This document shows positions 1 through 15,100 of a stretch of 64,000 bases of DNA, piece by piece. The DNA is from Daphnia carinata. Its lineage: Eukaryota. The stretch lies in assembly GCF_022539665.2 (NCBI RefSeq), contig NC_081333.1, forward strand, positions 1,984,001-2,048,000, in the 5' to 3' direction. The first letter of the stretch is position 1. Each line of letters begins with the position of its first letter. The translations under genes were made by a program, and so were the position numbers. The notes below the pieces were generated by a model, which did no database searches, was not told the origin of the DNA, and worked only from the letters and a program-made list of their open reading frames with translations.

Positions 1-2386
1 TTTTTTTCAGTTCTATATTTGTTGTTACATTTTTTGTTTTCTATAGAAAAAGAAATAGCCGAAAGGAAAGATTTATTAAGAAAAAGTGCTTGTGCTCAAG
101 TAGGTCCATCGTCCGAATGATGTGTTGTTTCTTATATATATATACTGTATATATGTATACCTGCTACATATTTCAACTCTTGGTTTTCTCTTTTTGATTT
201 CCATTGATGGTCCCGACCGAGATTTCAGCCCACCTCAATCCGGCTATAGCACCTTTCCGCTTCACCTAAATAAATACAAATGCCGTGATGCGCGTATGCA
301 TTATCATATTTTTCCTTTTTTCTTTTTTTTTTTTTTTTTTTTTTGAATAATAATAATTAAACAAATAAAAAGTCATAACCTATGAGAACAGCTTTGGGAA
401 CGACAGTATAATATTGGGTACACATTATTAACTTATTAGCTCATTGCAATCTAAAAATGCGCGTTTCTTTTTATTTTTTTTTATTCAGTAAATTGGGTCA
501 TTAGATTTCGAACGTAATCAAAACTGCGAGAGGCAAATGAAACGTAGTTTGAAAGCGAAATATAGCGCTAGGGGTTTTTATATGTGTATAACCTTATTGT
601 TCCTCTTTGGGGTTTTTTTTTTTTTTTTTAATTACCTTTAAAAACAAAACAAAAATGATGATAAGAATGACGTCGTAACCAAAAACTGCGCTTCGATAAG
701 AAATGCACATAGCAAAACGTTGACGATATGGCGCTGAAAAAGGCGATGCGCTAGTCGATTGTTTTTTTTTTTCTTCTTTAGTTTTAAAGATATTGAAGAT
801 TGCCCATTTCGATAGAGACGAAACATCAACGATGACCAAAAATAAAAAGACAAGCAACGGGACTTTTTTTTTTTTTTTTTTTTTTTCAAAAGAAAAAAAA
901 AACATAAGATCCAGACGTGGAGGCTATAAAGAAAATATCGAATGACGGATGAACTTTGCTTGTATTGACTAAACATTTTTGTTGTTGTGGTTTTTGTTTA
1001 GCTGTCGTTCCTTTCTTTGGCATCTGCGTGTTTTCTAAAATGCAATTCCCCATTTTTTCTTTCTTTTTGTTTTTCGCCAAACGTTTCGTTTACATTTGAA
1101 TATGGTCACGAGGATGCCCAGCTCTTGCGAGACGTTTGTGTGTGTATACAGAAAGCAATGCGCTGAACGTCTTTGCGATTTCCGGATTTGTTGAACGGAG
1201 AAGATTCGGGTCACGTGACGTATCTTACGCTGTCGGATTATGTTTGGCTAAGTAAATCATTGCTGAGAATGGCACGAAAATGAAGGAGTTTTGCGAAGAA
1301 GCCCAATTGGACATTAGTCTCTGGATGCAATTGAGTCTATCCCCCAAAAAAGAAAATGGGGACAACGTTGTAACGTTATATTCTTTTCTGCAATGGAACA
1401 GGCCCTTTTTTTTTTTCTTCTCTCTTCTTTTACAAGAGATCCTATATGCATACGATTGAGTCACGTCCAATCCTATACGGACATGGATAAACATAAAACA
1501 GCACGACACCTTCATTATGGAGCCGACAACATTTGTGGCATTCGCTTATTTCTTTTTGTTTGGGTCGTGTAATCATTTCTCTATACATGACCACGCATCC
1601 TTGATCCAGGCATAGGACGCAACACGTATATGCAAATCATAAGTCAACACATTTCAGCCGTGTTCAAAATGGCTAGTTTTATTTAAAAAAAAAAAAAAAA
1701 TTTCGTGATAAACTAAACAATCTGGTCCTTGAAGTTTGTGTTGCGTAATAGACCTTCTTCAACGGAAGGGGATGTAGAAAGAAAAGCGTCATCAAGGTGT
1801 GCGTATTAACGGGGTTAAAAACGGTGAGCAGGTCAATGTTTTGGGTTCCCTTGCGTGTTAACTGCAGATAGAAAGGCCAGACTACATTGTGCGACCGTGA
1901 TTGTACGTTTAATTCAATTGAAGGGAAAGGCGAAGGCATAGAATGGAAATTTATGTAGGGAGAATATGAAACAAGAAAAAAACAAAGTTGATAATTTCAT
2001 GATTTGTGTGTGGGGAGAGTCTGACTGAGCCTGGGAATCAATAACACCCGTTGATTCTCGACGCGGCGGGTAAGACACGAAAGCCAAATGGGCAAACAAG
2101 AAGACGGACATTCACGAGTTCGAAACGAAGCGGACGAGTTTACACGCGTAAGAAAACATAAAAAAAAAAGTACCGCAACAGACGACAGTTTATTGAATGA
2201 GGACCCAACGATGACGTAACGTCTAAGAAAAAGACAAAAAACAACACACACGAGTTGATTTGAATTTTGTTCTTTTGTCTTTTGAAAGAGGTGGGGTATG
2301 TTATTTGAACTGCACCGTATCGTACACCATGTAATCTCGTGCCATTATGACGCAGCTATATAATACTGGCGACAAAATAATAGCCA

Positions 2387-2413
<27 letters not shown>
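2387..2413. repeat. (AC)n microsatellite, representative of many CA/TG and poly-A/T tracts in the non-coding parts of the window
   Basis: Perfect AC dinucleotide run; similar runs near 8656, 14683, 22934, 54846, 54915. Confidence 0.9.
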
Positions 2414-2418
<5 letters not shown>

Positions 2419-3079
2419 GTGAAATAAAAAAGAGAACACAACAAAAGAAAACAGTTCCAAATGATGACGCCCCGTGTGTCTTTAAAAAATATATATACCC
2501 ACTCAAAACAAAACAAAACAAAACAAAAAAAAAAAAAAACAAGGCAAAAATTGAATAGACCACCATATGTCCTCGTAAGAGCCTGTAATGGGTGCCGTAC
2601 GGAACTTGTAATTGTTTATTTCAGGCGAAGCTCGGCATAAATACATATCCATTATAGATTCTATATATGCAAAAGAGGTTCGCTAACAACGGTGTCGTCA
2701 TCTGTTCTCTCGAATACTATCACCGCCGTGTATATTCATTATTCAATTTAACGCATCGTTTATAGCGAAAAGAAAAAAAAAAAAAAATGGACAGCTAACC
2801 AGTTTGTTTTTTTTCTTTTCCATTTAATTATTCATTTGGTGCTCAATGTTTTTTAACGCCTAAGCCTTTTTTTTTTATATAGCAATCTTTCCTTTTATTA
2901 AAAAAAAATATATATATATATTGTACGACGCGATTCAAAATGCAGCGTGTTGATTTTCTTTCAGAGAGAGAGAGGGACCATTTTAACGAGCATCCGTGGC
3001 GGAAATTCCTTCCGCTATGAAACATCATCAACCGAAATGACTTTTGAACTATTCATTTTTAGTGTTTTGTTGTTTGTTG

Positions 3080-3114
<35 letters not shown>

Positions 3115-6100
3115 TGTATCATATCCTTGAAGCTTTGCGACCGTATCGAAAAACAAAACAAAACAACGGTGAATTACTAATCACAAATGTTTCTGATGTA
3201 GGTGAGTGATCTCTCATGGCTGCGTGACGTTTACATTTTTGTCTCCTTACGAAAGAGATGACTAGACGACATCCTCGATTACTTATGCGTTAAACGAGCA
3301 AGTTCATATCGTAAAGCTCGTCGGTATGTGCTATGGCGCGGCAGGTGGGTCTGGACGACAATGAAACTTCCGCGTATTAATAGGGAACTATTTTCTCTTG
3401 CTATTATTTGTTTTTTGAAACAAAAGATAGTGAGTGTGTTGCTATTTTGGAAAATCACATTCTTTTTTTTTTTGCTGGTCTTCTACCTGTCCATTTATTT
3501 TTTTTAATGGCGGGACGTGCTGTTGCGATGGCATCAGACTGTGAGAGGTGTGGATGCGTGTGTGTGTGCGGTGCGGGCGTGTTTCTTTTTCGTATACCGA
3601 ATCGGGTCAACACCTAGCCGCAAGGTATTACAAGACATCGAGGGTAGACTCATCCTTCATTTTTTTTTTTTCCCTCTTGGTTCTTTTCCAAAAAAAAAAA
3701 AAAAAAAAAGAAAAAAATAGAGACGATTGTACAGACGAATTTCCAGTTGCCAACGCAGCGCACCTTTAATTTACGGGACTTTTTATTTATATATGTCTTT
3801 GAAGATTAAATCAAAAGTCTTTATGTCTTTATTGGAAAGCGGAAGACTGCCCTAGCATATTTTACCGGAAACTCCCATTCAATTGATTTCATATTTTAAT
3901 GCCTTCAAAAACGTTGAAGAAATTCGCGTGAGAGGCTTGAAATTAAATTGTTATTAAATCTGGCCGTGTTGAATAAGGTACACTGTGTACATTTGAATTG
4001 CCTTTTGTTTGGTTCGTGGGTGGTGCGTTTTTCTTAATCTCCCATTTAAAGTGTGACAACGAGTTCATTTTCCTTGCTATGTTGTGTGTCCCGTTTAATA
4101 ATCTGTACGGGTCATTGCTATTTACTTTAGTTCGTTTTTCTTTATTTATTTTTTTTTTTTTTTTATTGTCCATGGCGAAATGGTTAGCCATCGGGGGCTA
4201 ATATGGCTGGAACTTGCACCAACAAGGCAAAATGAAGCGTTACTGGCTGATTATTATAACAGCACTTTGGCACCGGAACCGGTAGCATTCACTTGTGCTG
4301 TACATCCCGCTGTAATATACCGAAACAACAAGCAGCCCGTTTTTAACAAACTATGTGTGTAATACTTGTTTCCCAATTCCACTTCTTTTCCGCTTCCTTT
4401 TTTTGTTTTTTAACTGTAAATATAAGTGTGAGTTTTTTAGCCTTAAGGAGAAGGATGGATGCAATTTTTTTTTTGTTTTTTGTTTTCTAAATTCCGGAAG
4501 TGACTGTGCTATATATAAGACTAATAATGGAGCCAAACATTTATTTGCCTGACTGGAACTCCTGTATTTTTTTTTTCTCTTTAAATTCTTTTTAAAATAT
4601 GTATTTCTTCCGGGATTCTAAATTTTTTTTTTTTTCTTCTCTCCATTCAAAATGAAGAGAAAGGGGGCAAAACAAAATAAAATGGCGGTGATGAAGTGTA
4701 ATAGTAGAACAAAAAGGAAAAACAGTGGAAGGGTTAATTTAGCGTTTATTACCATAGGTGCGTTTGAATAGTGTAAAGAACAAAAGGGCTTAAAAAAAAA
4801 ATTAAAATGAAATATGAACGAAGGTCTGTATGGTAGACGGAAGACTAGCGGCATAATTCCTTCCTTCTCTCGTGGAATTCATCGTAAAAAAAAAAAAAAA
4901 AAAGGAAAACAAAATCGCTGCTGGATGTTTACTGTCTCTGCCTTGGCTGCTGTTCTTGTTTCGAATATTTTTTACGAGACATTTTAATCTCCAAAAATTT
5001 TTTACGATGTCTGCTCATCAGACTAATTTTCCTTCTTATTCCCTTTGAAAGAAGAAACTCAACGTGGAGAAAACGAGAAACGGCTGTTACCAAAAAGGAG
5101 GTCCTAACGCTTCCGGCCTCTGTTTTACAACACGCAAACTGAAATTTTCATATTTGTGAGGCTGTCTCTGTATAATATTGGATCGATATCAAGTACACGG
5201 GCGAACTGTAATAACGCTCGGAACATTGCGAATTGTTTTTGTGCCTTTCAAACTGGTAATTGCTGTTCATCTATATGCTGCACAGAGAGGCGCTATTGCT
5301 TTCCATCATCATCATTACATCGATGATGCAACTGACTAACCTTTAATTTATTTCGTTGATTGGGTGTGAGCGTGCGCGCGATCGCTTACACGCGCCTACG
5401 TAGAGGTGAAGTCCAAGTGCGAGCAAACGTGTATAGGGAGCCCCCACGTTATGACGTCGTCATCATCATCATCGTCTGGCACCGTGACCCACTTTCATTC
5501 TGACCTCTAACCTTCTTCTTCTCTCCCCCCCCCCCCACTTCCTTTTTCTTTTCTTCTACTTTTATTTGAACATTTTGATCGTTATCATCAAAACATGAAC
5601 AATCTTCGTCTACATAATAAGCCGGCCTCACTGTTTAGACTGTCTTATCCACCTACCACCACAGGGGGGAGTCAGTTGCTTATGAGAAAAAAGAAAGAAT
5701 GGGGAAAGAATGGGGTCCTTCATTTAATTGGTGGACAAAAAGTTAGTAATGCATCAACGGTTAGATTATGAACGCGTGCTGATTGTTGACATTTGTCCCC
5801 AATGTTTAGAAGACTGGCTCGGGGATAGTGGTGTTTAGATTCAAGCGCTGAATAAAACGGACTGATTGGAAATGGTGTTCAATTAGAGAAGAACAAATTC
5901 ATTTCAAAACAGAACCTGCTTTAAAAATAAAAAAAGAGGGGGGAAAGCAGAGCGGGCCAATAAACATTTTTTTGTTAAAACAACAAGAGAATGAGAGACA
6001 AAGAAAACAAAAAAAAAGAAGTTGGTGTTCATACGCGGAAGAGGTGAAGAAGGAGAGTTGCGTTCTTGTTATGCAAGTGACCTACTTTCTTCAAAAGACG

Positions 6101-9100
6101 TCTTCCACCTGCTCGTGTCCGCACCTCCTTTCTCACAAGAGGCTCAACAGCCCTTTGACTTTTGCCTGCCTTTTGGCTTCTTCATTTCTCCATCGGTCTT
6201 CTCTCGTGTTCCACCATCGGCTCCATACACAAGCCATACATCTTTCAGTCTTATACTACGCAAGAGAGTGTGGTGCTTCTTTTTTTGCGTGTATTTTTTT
6301 CTTTCTTTTTCTTTTTTACATTAAAAAAAAAATAATGGCTGGCTAAGGCCCGCTGGCCAACGTTTGCATACCTTCACAATGAGCCAACGATGTGGCTTCT
6401 TTCTTTTTTTTTCGCATTTTTATGTACGAAATTGTCCAAGAAAAAAAAAAACGACGTTCCCTCTGGGTAACATTGCATTTTTTTTTTTCTATTCGTCGTG
6501 AACACACGACGTTGTTATGCTAAATAAGTTTGATAGTACGAACGCAGATTGAAATAATTCAACCCAATTTTTTTTTATCGATCGGCACTGGCCTTTTTAT
6601 TCGTTGCGCAAATGTTTTTCTCTCATTCACAGTCGAATCTGAGCTTCATTGGGCACATGCCGGCTCGATTTTGATTCGCCCCTTGGAAATGAATAAAGGC
6701 GTTAATCTCATACATTTGCATGATTGGAAGAAAGAAATCGTGTCGATTTTTATCGATGTATATCTCATCATTCTTCGCATGCGGAGATTCAAAATGATGA
6801 GGCCTCAGATTCAGTGAGGTACAAACACGAGTCTCTGATCGTTAAGAAGCGCCCGTCCTGTTTTGCATCAAATAAAATTTGAATTTTTTTCGGGGAGGGA
6901 AATTTAATGGAACTTGCGGTGCGGATGGAAAATGATTTCCATCCATCTCTATTTTCTTGTTTTTTTTTCGTGATCTTTGGACACCCCCGACAAACGATGT
7001 ACTCCGTGTGTGTGTGTGTGTGTGTGTGTATCTAATGGTTGACGTGAATGGCTGCGAGCGAAGAAAACATCGCAAATCTACGTCTAATGATTGAGAAAAA
7101 CGCGTGTTTTGCTTTGGCTCGGCTCGTTGATGGGCGATGGATGTGTACACACAAGTTCAGCAGAGTTCACTTGTATCTGCCTTTCTTTTTTTTCTAGCGA
7201 CTTCCTTGTTATCGGCTCGTGCACAGAACGCCATTTAATTCACCACTACATTGATAACCCCATCTTCAAAAAATTTTGAACGCATCTTTTATCGCAGAAA
7301 ATTAAAAATTGAGGAATAAATTTTTTTTTTTTTGCTTTCTATGGAAATGCTTAAAAAGGAAAAAAAAAACTGATAAGGCCGGAAGGTGGTGCGAATGGAA
7401 CGCGTCCGACCTTCAGGCTCATTCAATCCTGTTATGAATTTGAATCGAAAAGAGTTTCTCGCGCGAGCCACCATCGCGCCGCATTCCAAAACCAGATCGT
7501 TGAACTGAAAGCTGAGAATTTCAGACAGACACGCGTGTGCTCCTATTATTAAAAAAAAAAAAAAAAAAAAAAAAGAGAGGGGAGTTTTGAAATATGGGTG
7601 AGCCAATAATCAAAAGATTGAAAACAAACAAACAAAAAAAAAAAAAGAAAGCTATTAAAATTTATATATATACCGTAGATGTATTAGGATTTTTTTTTTT
7701 GAGGGTAATTAGAGATGGACGTTAGATATTCATAAAAGGGGAAGAAAAAGCAAAACAAAAGAATTGATAGGCTTTTTTATATTTCTGGTTTCAGTCGGTC
7801 ATCGACGATTTTCAACGGTTGGCAATCATATGAAAATAAAAGACGAAAGGAAATCAAGTGGAAGGCCTTTCGTGAGTATATAGCCACTCCGTTACACGCC
7901 AAAAACAAGTCCGTTACATCTTTTCCGGCTGCCTCTGCTATTCCTCTTTTTAAACGCACCTGCCCACACATGCGAAATTTGAATTTCCTATTCAATATGT
8001 ATATGTATACATTATTTCACGTTGAATACTATCAGCGGAATAGGTGGCGTTCCCATTTTCCTCGTCGGGGTATTATACGATCCGCAATTAACCATCAAAA
8101 TTGATCCAATAATAAAAGCCTTTATAACTTACGTATAAAATACAAACATGTCAGTTACCTCTATTTCTTTCGTTTAAAAAGCCTATGCACTATAATGACG
8201 TGTCCTAATGTTCGTTCATTTTTTATTGTTATTTTCTTTTTTTCTTGTTGTGTCCTGCGCTAACTATCCAGGAGGAAGAGGACTGCCCGTCTTGTGGTTC
8301 TTTAGCTCACGCGAGCGGCCCAATTGTTCACCCTTTCTCCCGTTGGCCCTGGCGTGAGGTGTTTTAAAGAACCTTTAAAAAAAAAAAAAAAGAAAATTCA
8401 CGTGGCATACACCGGTATATTCCCCTCATAGTTTCATCGAAATCCCTTTGTCCAAAAAAAAAAAATAAATAAAATGAGAAATAGTTCAACAGCAAACGAT
8501 CGTCCAGTTGTTTCTTATTCGCCCCACCTGTGTCCTCCAAAGGCAATGCTTTAGGCTTACCACTGGACTGGCGGCCATCAGAAAAAAGAAGCAACTAACC
8601 GTGAGAAAAGCTTCCACCACTTGTACATGATTACGTATACAAGTACACAGCAGGTACACACACACACACACACACACGCACACACACACACACACCGTCT
8701 ACGTATATGCGTATGATTACTGCTATGCACTTATTGGAACTCTGGCGAGAAAGCATCGCCCTCCTATAGCTCTAAAAGAAATAACATTTCTTTTTTTTTT
8801 TTTTTTTTGTGTCCAAGTGGGAAGGCCAATTTTATACAACAGTTAGACACTCGACCGGAAACTTCTTCTAGCTGCCCTGACCGTTGGACCCTCCCTTCCA
8901 TTCGCCTTATTCACTTGAGCAAACTATATAGTTGGGAAGAAGAGCAACTAGCCGATGTCTAATATGCAAGTGTATATGAACGTAACGAGCGTACGACAGG
9001 TAATAACAAGTGATCCTCCACAGAGGCGGGGATGGAATTATGAACCGTCTTTTGTTTTTGTTTTGTTTTGTTTATTTCTTTTTTATGGTTTTGGGAATGT

Positions 9101-12100
9101 ATGTATATACGTAGGTCTGGCTGTTTGTGATGGGCAAACTGGAAGGCCATCGTTCAAACACGACAGACGAATGCCTTTCTGACAATATCAGGCTTTCTAG
9201 GAATAGGTTGTTTTGAAAATATTGGGAAGAGTAGAGACAGTGTCAAGTAGAGCACATGGGCTGCTAAACATTCCTCGAATGATTCTTTCTTTTTATTGAT
9301 AGTTTAATAAAAAGGATTTATTTTTTGATTTCTTTTGCGGACTCGGATAAAAAACGAAGTCATCGGACAGTTTTCCGTGAATTTCCTTGTATCCAATTGT
9401 ACAGCCAAAAGAACGTCAGGGCAGCAGCTTCAAAATGAAATTCATTGCCAAAAGAAACGAACGGATTAAGGGCATCAAAAAATCGGGAGGATGACGCGAA
9501 ACGGGTCAACGTTTGGCACGCCAGACGAAAGGAAGAAGCGAGCTGACGTGATCGAGTGCGTCCGACACGCGTTTAAGAGATTGAGGTTAGACGCAAGACA
9601 CGATGACATTTCGGTCAGATGCCCATCTTCCTCAAAACCATCGATTTAGAGCAACGATATTTGAATATCAACGACGTCTTCAAAAGCGAAATGACGTAGG
9701 CTACCTCGTCTGTTTGCGTTTCCTCTTTACGTCATAGTTTGATAAACTTATCAGTACGTGTCTTAACTGCGTTCCGTATACTTTATCTATACGTGAATAT
9801 CCCTCACGATGCGATGACGTAACCAATTTACAAAGATAAAAGAATAACATCGTCGGCATACACACACACAGAGACCCAAGTTGTCCGACAAAACCAGATG
9901 GGCCTTGAAACGCGTTGATCTTGAATAGCTCTCGTTTAAATTATAAAAAAAAAACATCTAAATGAATCACGTGCAAGAACTGCAAATGATTGCAATTTCA
10001 TCCAAATCGAAATGTATAGGCGGTCAAGTTGCAAAAAAAGAAATGACGTCACACATTTTCTTTGGCTTGTTGGAGAAACGACGGTCTTTCACGGCTGAAC
10101 GGCGCTTGTGTGAAAGAGTAAAGTCTCCCATACTCCCAAACGGTTTGCCAAAAATCATTCTGTGGGCCAGTCAAGGAGCGTGTCCCGTTATTGGAAGTGC
10201 CTTCTTATACGTGTGTGTGTGTGTGTGTGTGTGTCTCGGCCATACACAAGGAGGGGGGGGGGGACTCGGGTGTGTTCTAACCGCGTGTATAATAAGAAGG
10301 AAGCTGCATCGCGTTTGTATAACATAAAAAGAAGAAAGAAAAGGCAGTCCCCCCCCCCCCTTCCCAAAATGAAAATAACAAAATGGAGAGAAGATCTAAT
10401 AAAAAATTTTCTTGTAAGAAAAATAAAATAAAAAGAAGAGGATCGTTTGGCTGTGTTTCGACGAAAGAAAAACGCTGCGTGCAGGTGCTGCTGGAACTGA
10501 TAGCACCAGCGGGACTGTATAAGAAAAAAACAGCAGCTCCTTTTAACGTTGGATAACAGCACTGACCCGCTTACCTATACGTTTCTGTGTGACTGGCGGC
10601 ATTTCAAGAAAATAAAATAAAAAGAAACTGGAATTTTTCTTTTTTTTTTTTTTTTCTTTTCGAATTCTTTCTTCATCTTTTCGGCTTCACTTGTTTTTCT
10701 TGGTTTTTTTTTTCTTTTTTACTACCGTGCAGTCACGTCTTCCTCGGCTCTTCACCTCGCAATCATCTCTTCAAGGAGTTACGCAATTCATCACGGCACA
10801 CGAAAACAGCGTCTATTTCCTCCTCTTATTTTTTTTCCGTTTACAATGAAATTGGAAATTCCCTTCTTTCACGTAAAGACGAAGAATTCAAAGACAAATT
10901 GGATAATTTTCGCTTCGTCCCTAGTAACTTTTTTATAGGACAACGTCAAAACGCAAAACCCAACTGACGATATGCCCCGATGAAAGTCCCGATGTTTTCG
11001 AAAATGGAACACACAAAAACCTGCGAGCCGTATATGCAAACGACGACCTTGCCTATAGTGATTGCAAGGTTATCTCAGCTCTCCGCAGCTGTCACACATC
11101 GGGAATGGCGGTCGTTCACATCATCGTGCAAACTGAAACATGAAACCGAACGGGTCGACCCTTTCTCTCATTGCGAAAATACAAGCCAATGCCATTGGCG
11201 AAATGTCGTTCGTTTCGACATCCACTTGTCAAAAAATATAATCAACTGATAGCAAAGTGACCTACATCTTTCCTTCAAATTCCATCCACGTTTGTTGACG
11301 TTTGATTGCCCAGTTATGATAATCATATCCTTAGAGGTACGCACTCTAAACTTGAATAACAATTGCTCGTTGTAACATCCACGGCGTAAAACTAACGTGC
11401 AAAAAAAGACGTCCAGTAAATACGAAAAGAAAAATAAGAGCAAAAAAAAAAAAAAAAAAAAGATCGTGTACAACATAAAGAGAGGCACGCAGGAGGGGAG
11501 TCCACCCCTTTTATAGTAGAATAGAAGTGCTGCAATGCGGGAGGGCATTTCTGTTTAAACATATAATATCTGCATAGAGTGTGTGGGTAATAGAACAAAG
11601 TGAATTGTCGGTTATCTCTTGTTTTGTGTTAGCCCTTTTTATTTTTTTTTTTTTTCTTCCCTCCATTTCATTTTTTTTTTCCCGCTTGTTTCCACTCTTT
11701 TTTGTACGACGTTACATTTTTTTTGTTTTGTTTTGTTCCAGTCGTAAATTTATTGTCCGTTTCACTCGGCCTCCCCCTCTGTTTATTGCTTAAGTGCTTA
11801 CGTATGTTTGTCTACCCCGTTGTCCACTTAAAAGGCCCAAAAGAAGAAAAGGATGTCTGAAGCGGATCTGGAGTTCGTCAGACGAAAGGACCAGGAGAGG
11901 TGCGAATATAGCAAATATAAACGTCCCTTTTTTTTATATATATATATAAAAGAAGAAGCCAAACGAGTCGATGAAGAACGGGAACGATTGACGACAACAA
12001 CAAAGTTCTCTGCGCACATGTGAAACGATCACGCAAAACTGCTATGTAATTGACATTTATGCCATCAAAACGAAGAATAATATACACATAACATTTGTGT

Positions 12101-15100
12101 GCAGCGATGAATCATTTGATTTACGATCCAAATATCAACGTAGTGATAGCGGGCTTTTCCTCGGTGAGGTTCCGTGGCGAGCAGCAATAAAGAAAAGAGA
12201 AGAAGATGAAGGAGAGCACATGCTTTGCCACAGACGCTGTTTGTTTTGTGCTTAATCAATCAAATAAGAAGCAATTGTTCCATCGTTAAGTGGACAGTGG
12301 ACGGAGAACGTTGCCATGGTAACGTGACCAACCGAGCACAAAACCATCGATCAGCCACGGAGATGTTTGGGACACAATGACACCATTCATTCCATTCCTG
12401 TTTCTGTTCCATCGTTTCCAAGTTGAATTTTTTGTTCTTTCTTTTTTTTTTTTTTTTCGAAGAGAAGAATGGTTCTATTGTCCGCTTTGGACACGCTGCG
12501 GCAACGTGTTCCACATTATTCGAGCGAGATCCATCACTATACATGTGCATAAGCCATTCAAAAAAAGAAAAAAAAGGAAAGAAACCTTTGGATGTGCCAT
12601 CACGGCAGTAGAGCAAAGAATGTAGGTTATCACATTGTTTTTTGTATTTCTTTTTAACACCGATGCCAAATAAGGACTGGCTCATGCTCTGCCATCTTCT
12701 TCTTATCGTCGGTTGTCTCGAAATCGGGTTTCGTTTTCGGAAATTCAGAGTAAGGCGATTCGACGTGTCAGGTGCTCACCGATGTTCCTCATATTCTCGA
12801 TGTTGAATTTTTCCTGAGACTTTTTTCCACCGAAAGACGTGTTCATTTAAGTCTGGTCACATTAGCATTTTGCAATTTTTGGTTAGAGACAGAACGATAC
12901 TCGCGATATGCTTAAAAAAAAAAAAAAAAAAAAAGAAAAACATTTCCCGAAGCAAAAGTGAGTTTTTTTATGAAACGAATTGCATTTGTGACCCAGTTTT
13001 ATTTTTCACGTGATGAATGAAGAGCCGCTCTTTCTATCTTTAAATCATCCCCATTTTTATTTCTTCACTGCCCCTATCAGATGAATATTTTTGAAAAAAT
13101 TAAAGTTTTTTTTTTTCCTTAATTTCATATGAAAAGCCGGACACGACATTTTTATGCATATTCAAACGGATATTTGATGGCCTTTCCTGAAAATCAGTGG
13201 GGGGTCGTGTTATCGACGCAGTCAAATGACTTAAATCACGTTAACAAAAAAAAAAAAAAAAAAAAAAAAAATGAAAAACTACAAAAGAAAAGGAAACAAT
13301 AAAAAAAAAGCAAAAGAAACAGAAGGTGGGGGGGGGGGAGTTTGTGGTGATGGGTGGTGTGTGCTAGGGAAGCGTCTAACGGCTCAGCGCTTGCCCGTTA
13401 GTACCGCATCCCATCAAAGTTGATGATGAATGAGGCAATGAGCTTCTTTTCGTAGAACAAGTTAAGAAAGAAAGGAAAAAACTTGGCAATAGCCGAGAAA
13501 AACAAAAACAAAAAAGAATAGAATGGGCTAAAATGTGATGGAGCGGACTGTAGTCGAGAAATGGACGGCCTGCTGCTCGCGGCCACAGAGGTCCATACGA
13601 GTGCCTTACGAATATACGTTGGGGGGGGGGGGGGGGAGAAAAGTGATAGGCACTGATTTGTTAGTCACGGGCCCTTGGCGTTCGGTCCCCAAAAAGAACG
13701 GCCGTTATAACGTTCCCAGCGTGAATGCCGAACGTAAACGATCGCTGTGTGACTCTACGTGCATGTGTGCCCGATCCAAAGCAGCTCCCACTTGTCATTA
13801 ATGACGTCACATCTGAAAATGGCGTCCCCGCGAAAAGACAATCTATTCATTTTTCAATGATAAAGACAATCAAAGTGTAAGGAAATGGATGACGAATCCC
13901 AATGGTTCGTCCCCTCTCTTGTTTTACATGAAAAGAATTGAAAAAGAAAAGTCCACAAAAAAAAAAAAAAAAAAAACACAAAAGAGAATCAAAACAGACA
14001 TGGAAAAATAACTGGAGTTGATTGGAGGCTCGGGAATGATTGATTTTTTGGGGCTTGGGATGTCGACCACACGACCAACGCCTCTAGCAGTGGCCATCGG
14101 CCACACCGGTTCGGGACGAATGATCCGGAAATTTCATGTGCAGTCCCATGTTGCACGCACACGAAATTTGTTTCTCTACCCTCTCGTCTTTTATGACTTT
14201 ACCTTTTTTCTCCGCTCTACCTCTTCAAATTAAAAATGTCAGAAAACGTGAAAGAAAAAACACAAGTGTGTGCAGGTGCAAATACAACGGTACAGAACCG
14301 ACCGCTCTCATGTGAACGAAATAAATCCGCAAGAAAAACAAAAAAGAAACCCGGCCGACGACACCAACTTTTCCACGGGTCTCCATTCCACAAATCCCTA
14401 CCTCCTCCCCCACAAACCACCCATTTTATTTCTTAAAAAAAAAAAAAATAATAATGTAAAAAAAAAAAAAACATATTTACACGTATTTCTCCCCCCCCCC
14501 CCCTTCTTCGCCAACTTGACGTGGATTGCAAACACTGAACAAAAAAAAAAAAAAAATAAAGATTTTCTTTGTAATCAACCACTCCCGTCACACACACGTA
14601 ACACCTTTCCTCGTCATCGAGTCCCCCAAGTTGCGGAGGCGGATCCTTTGAAATATATTTCTTCCCCTCCTCAACAATAGCGCACACACACACACACACA
14701 CACACACACGCCGGTGTAATTGTGTATTATAATTTTTGCAAACTGCCACGGGAGTAGACACGGCATTTCGAAAGTCCGTTAAAAAAAAAAAAAAAAAAAA
14801 AAAAAGAAAATGTTTGAACTTTTAGAAAATAATTTTCTTGTGATTGGGCGTCCTTTTTTGCGGTGGGACGGTGCGCGCTAAAAAACGGACCTGTGGCCTC
14901 AACTGGCGCGTCCAGGACACAAGAAAAGAGGGTCGATAATAGATGATAATGGACGTAAAGTATCATCAGAGCTTGGCTCAGTACAAATATAACGAAAAAG
15001 GCACGCCGATGTATATAGAAAAAAAAAATGTTTAATCATTAAATAAAAAAAAAAAAAAAAAAAAAAAAAATAGAAAAAAAGGGCCGGCGGTATAAAGTAA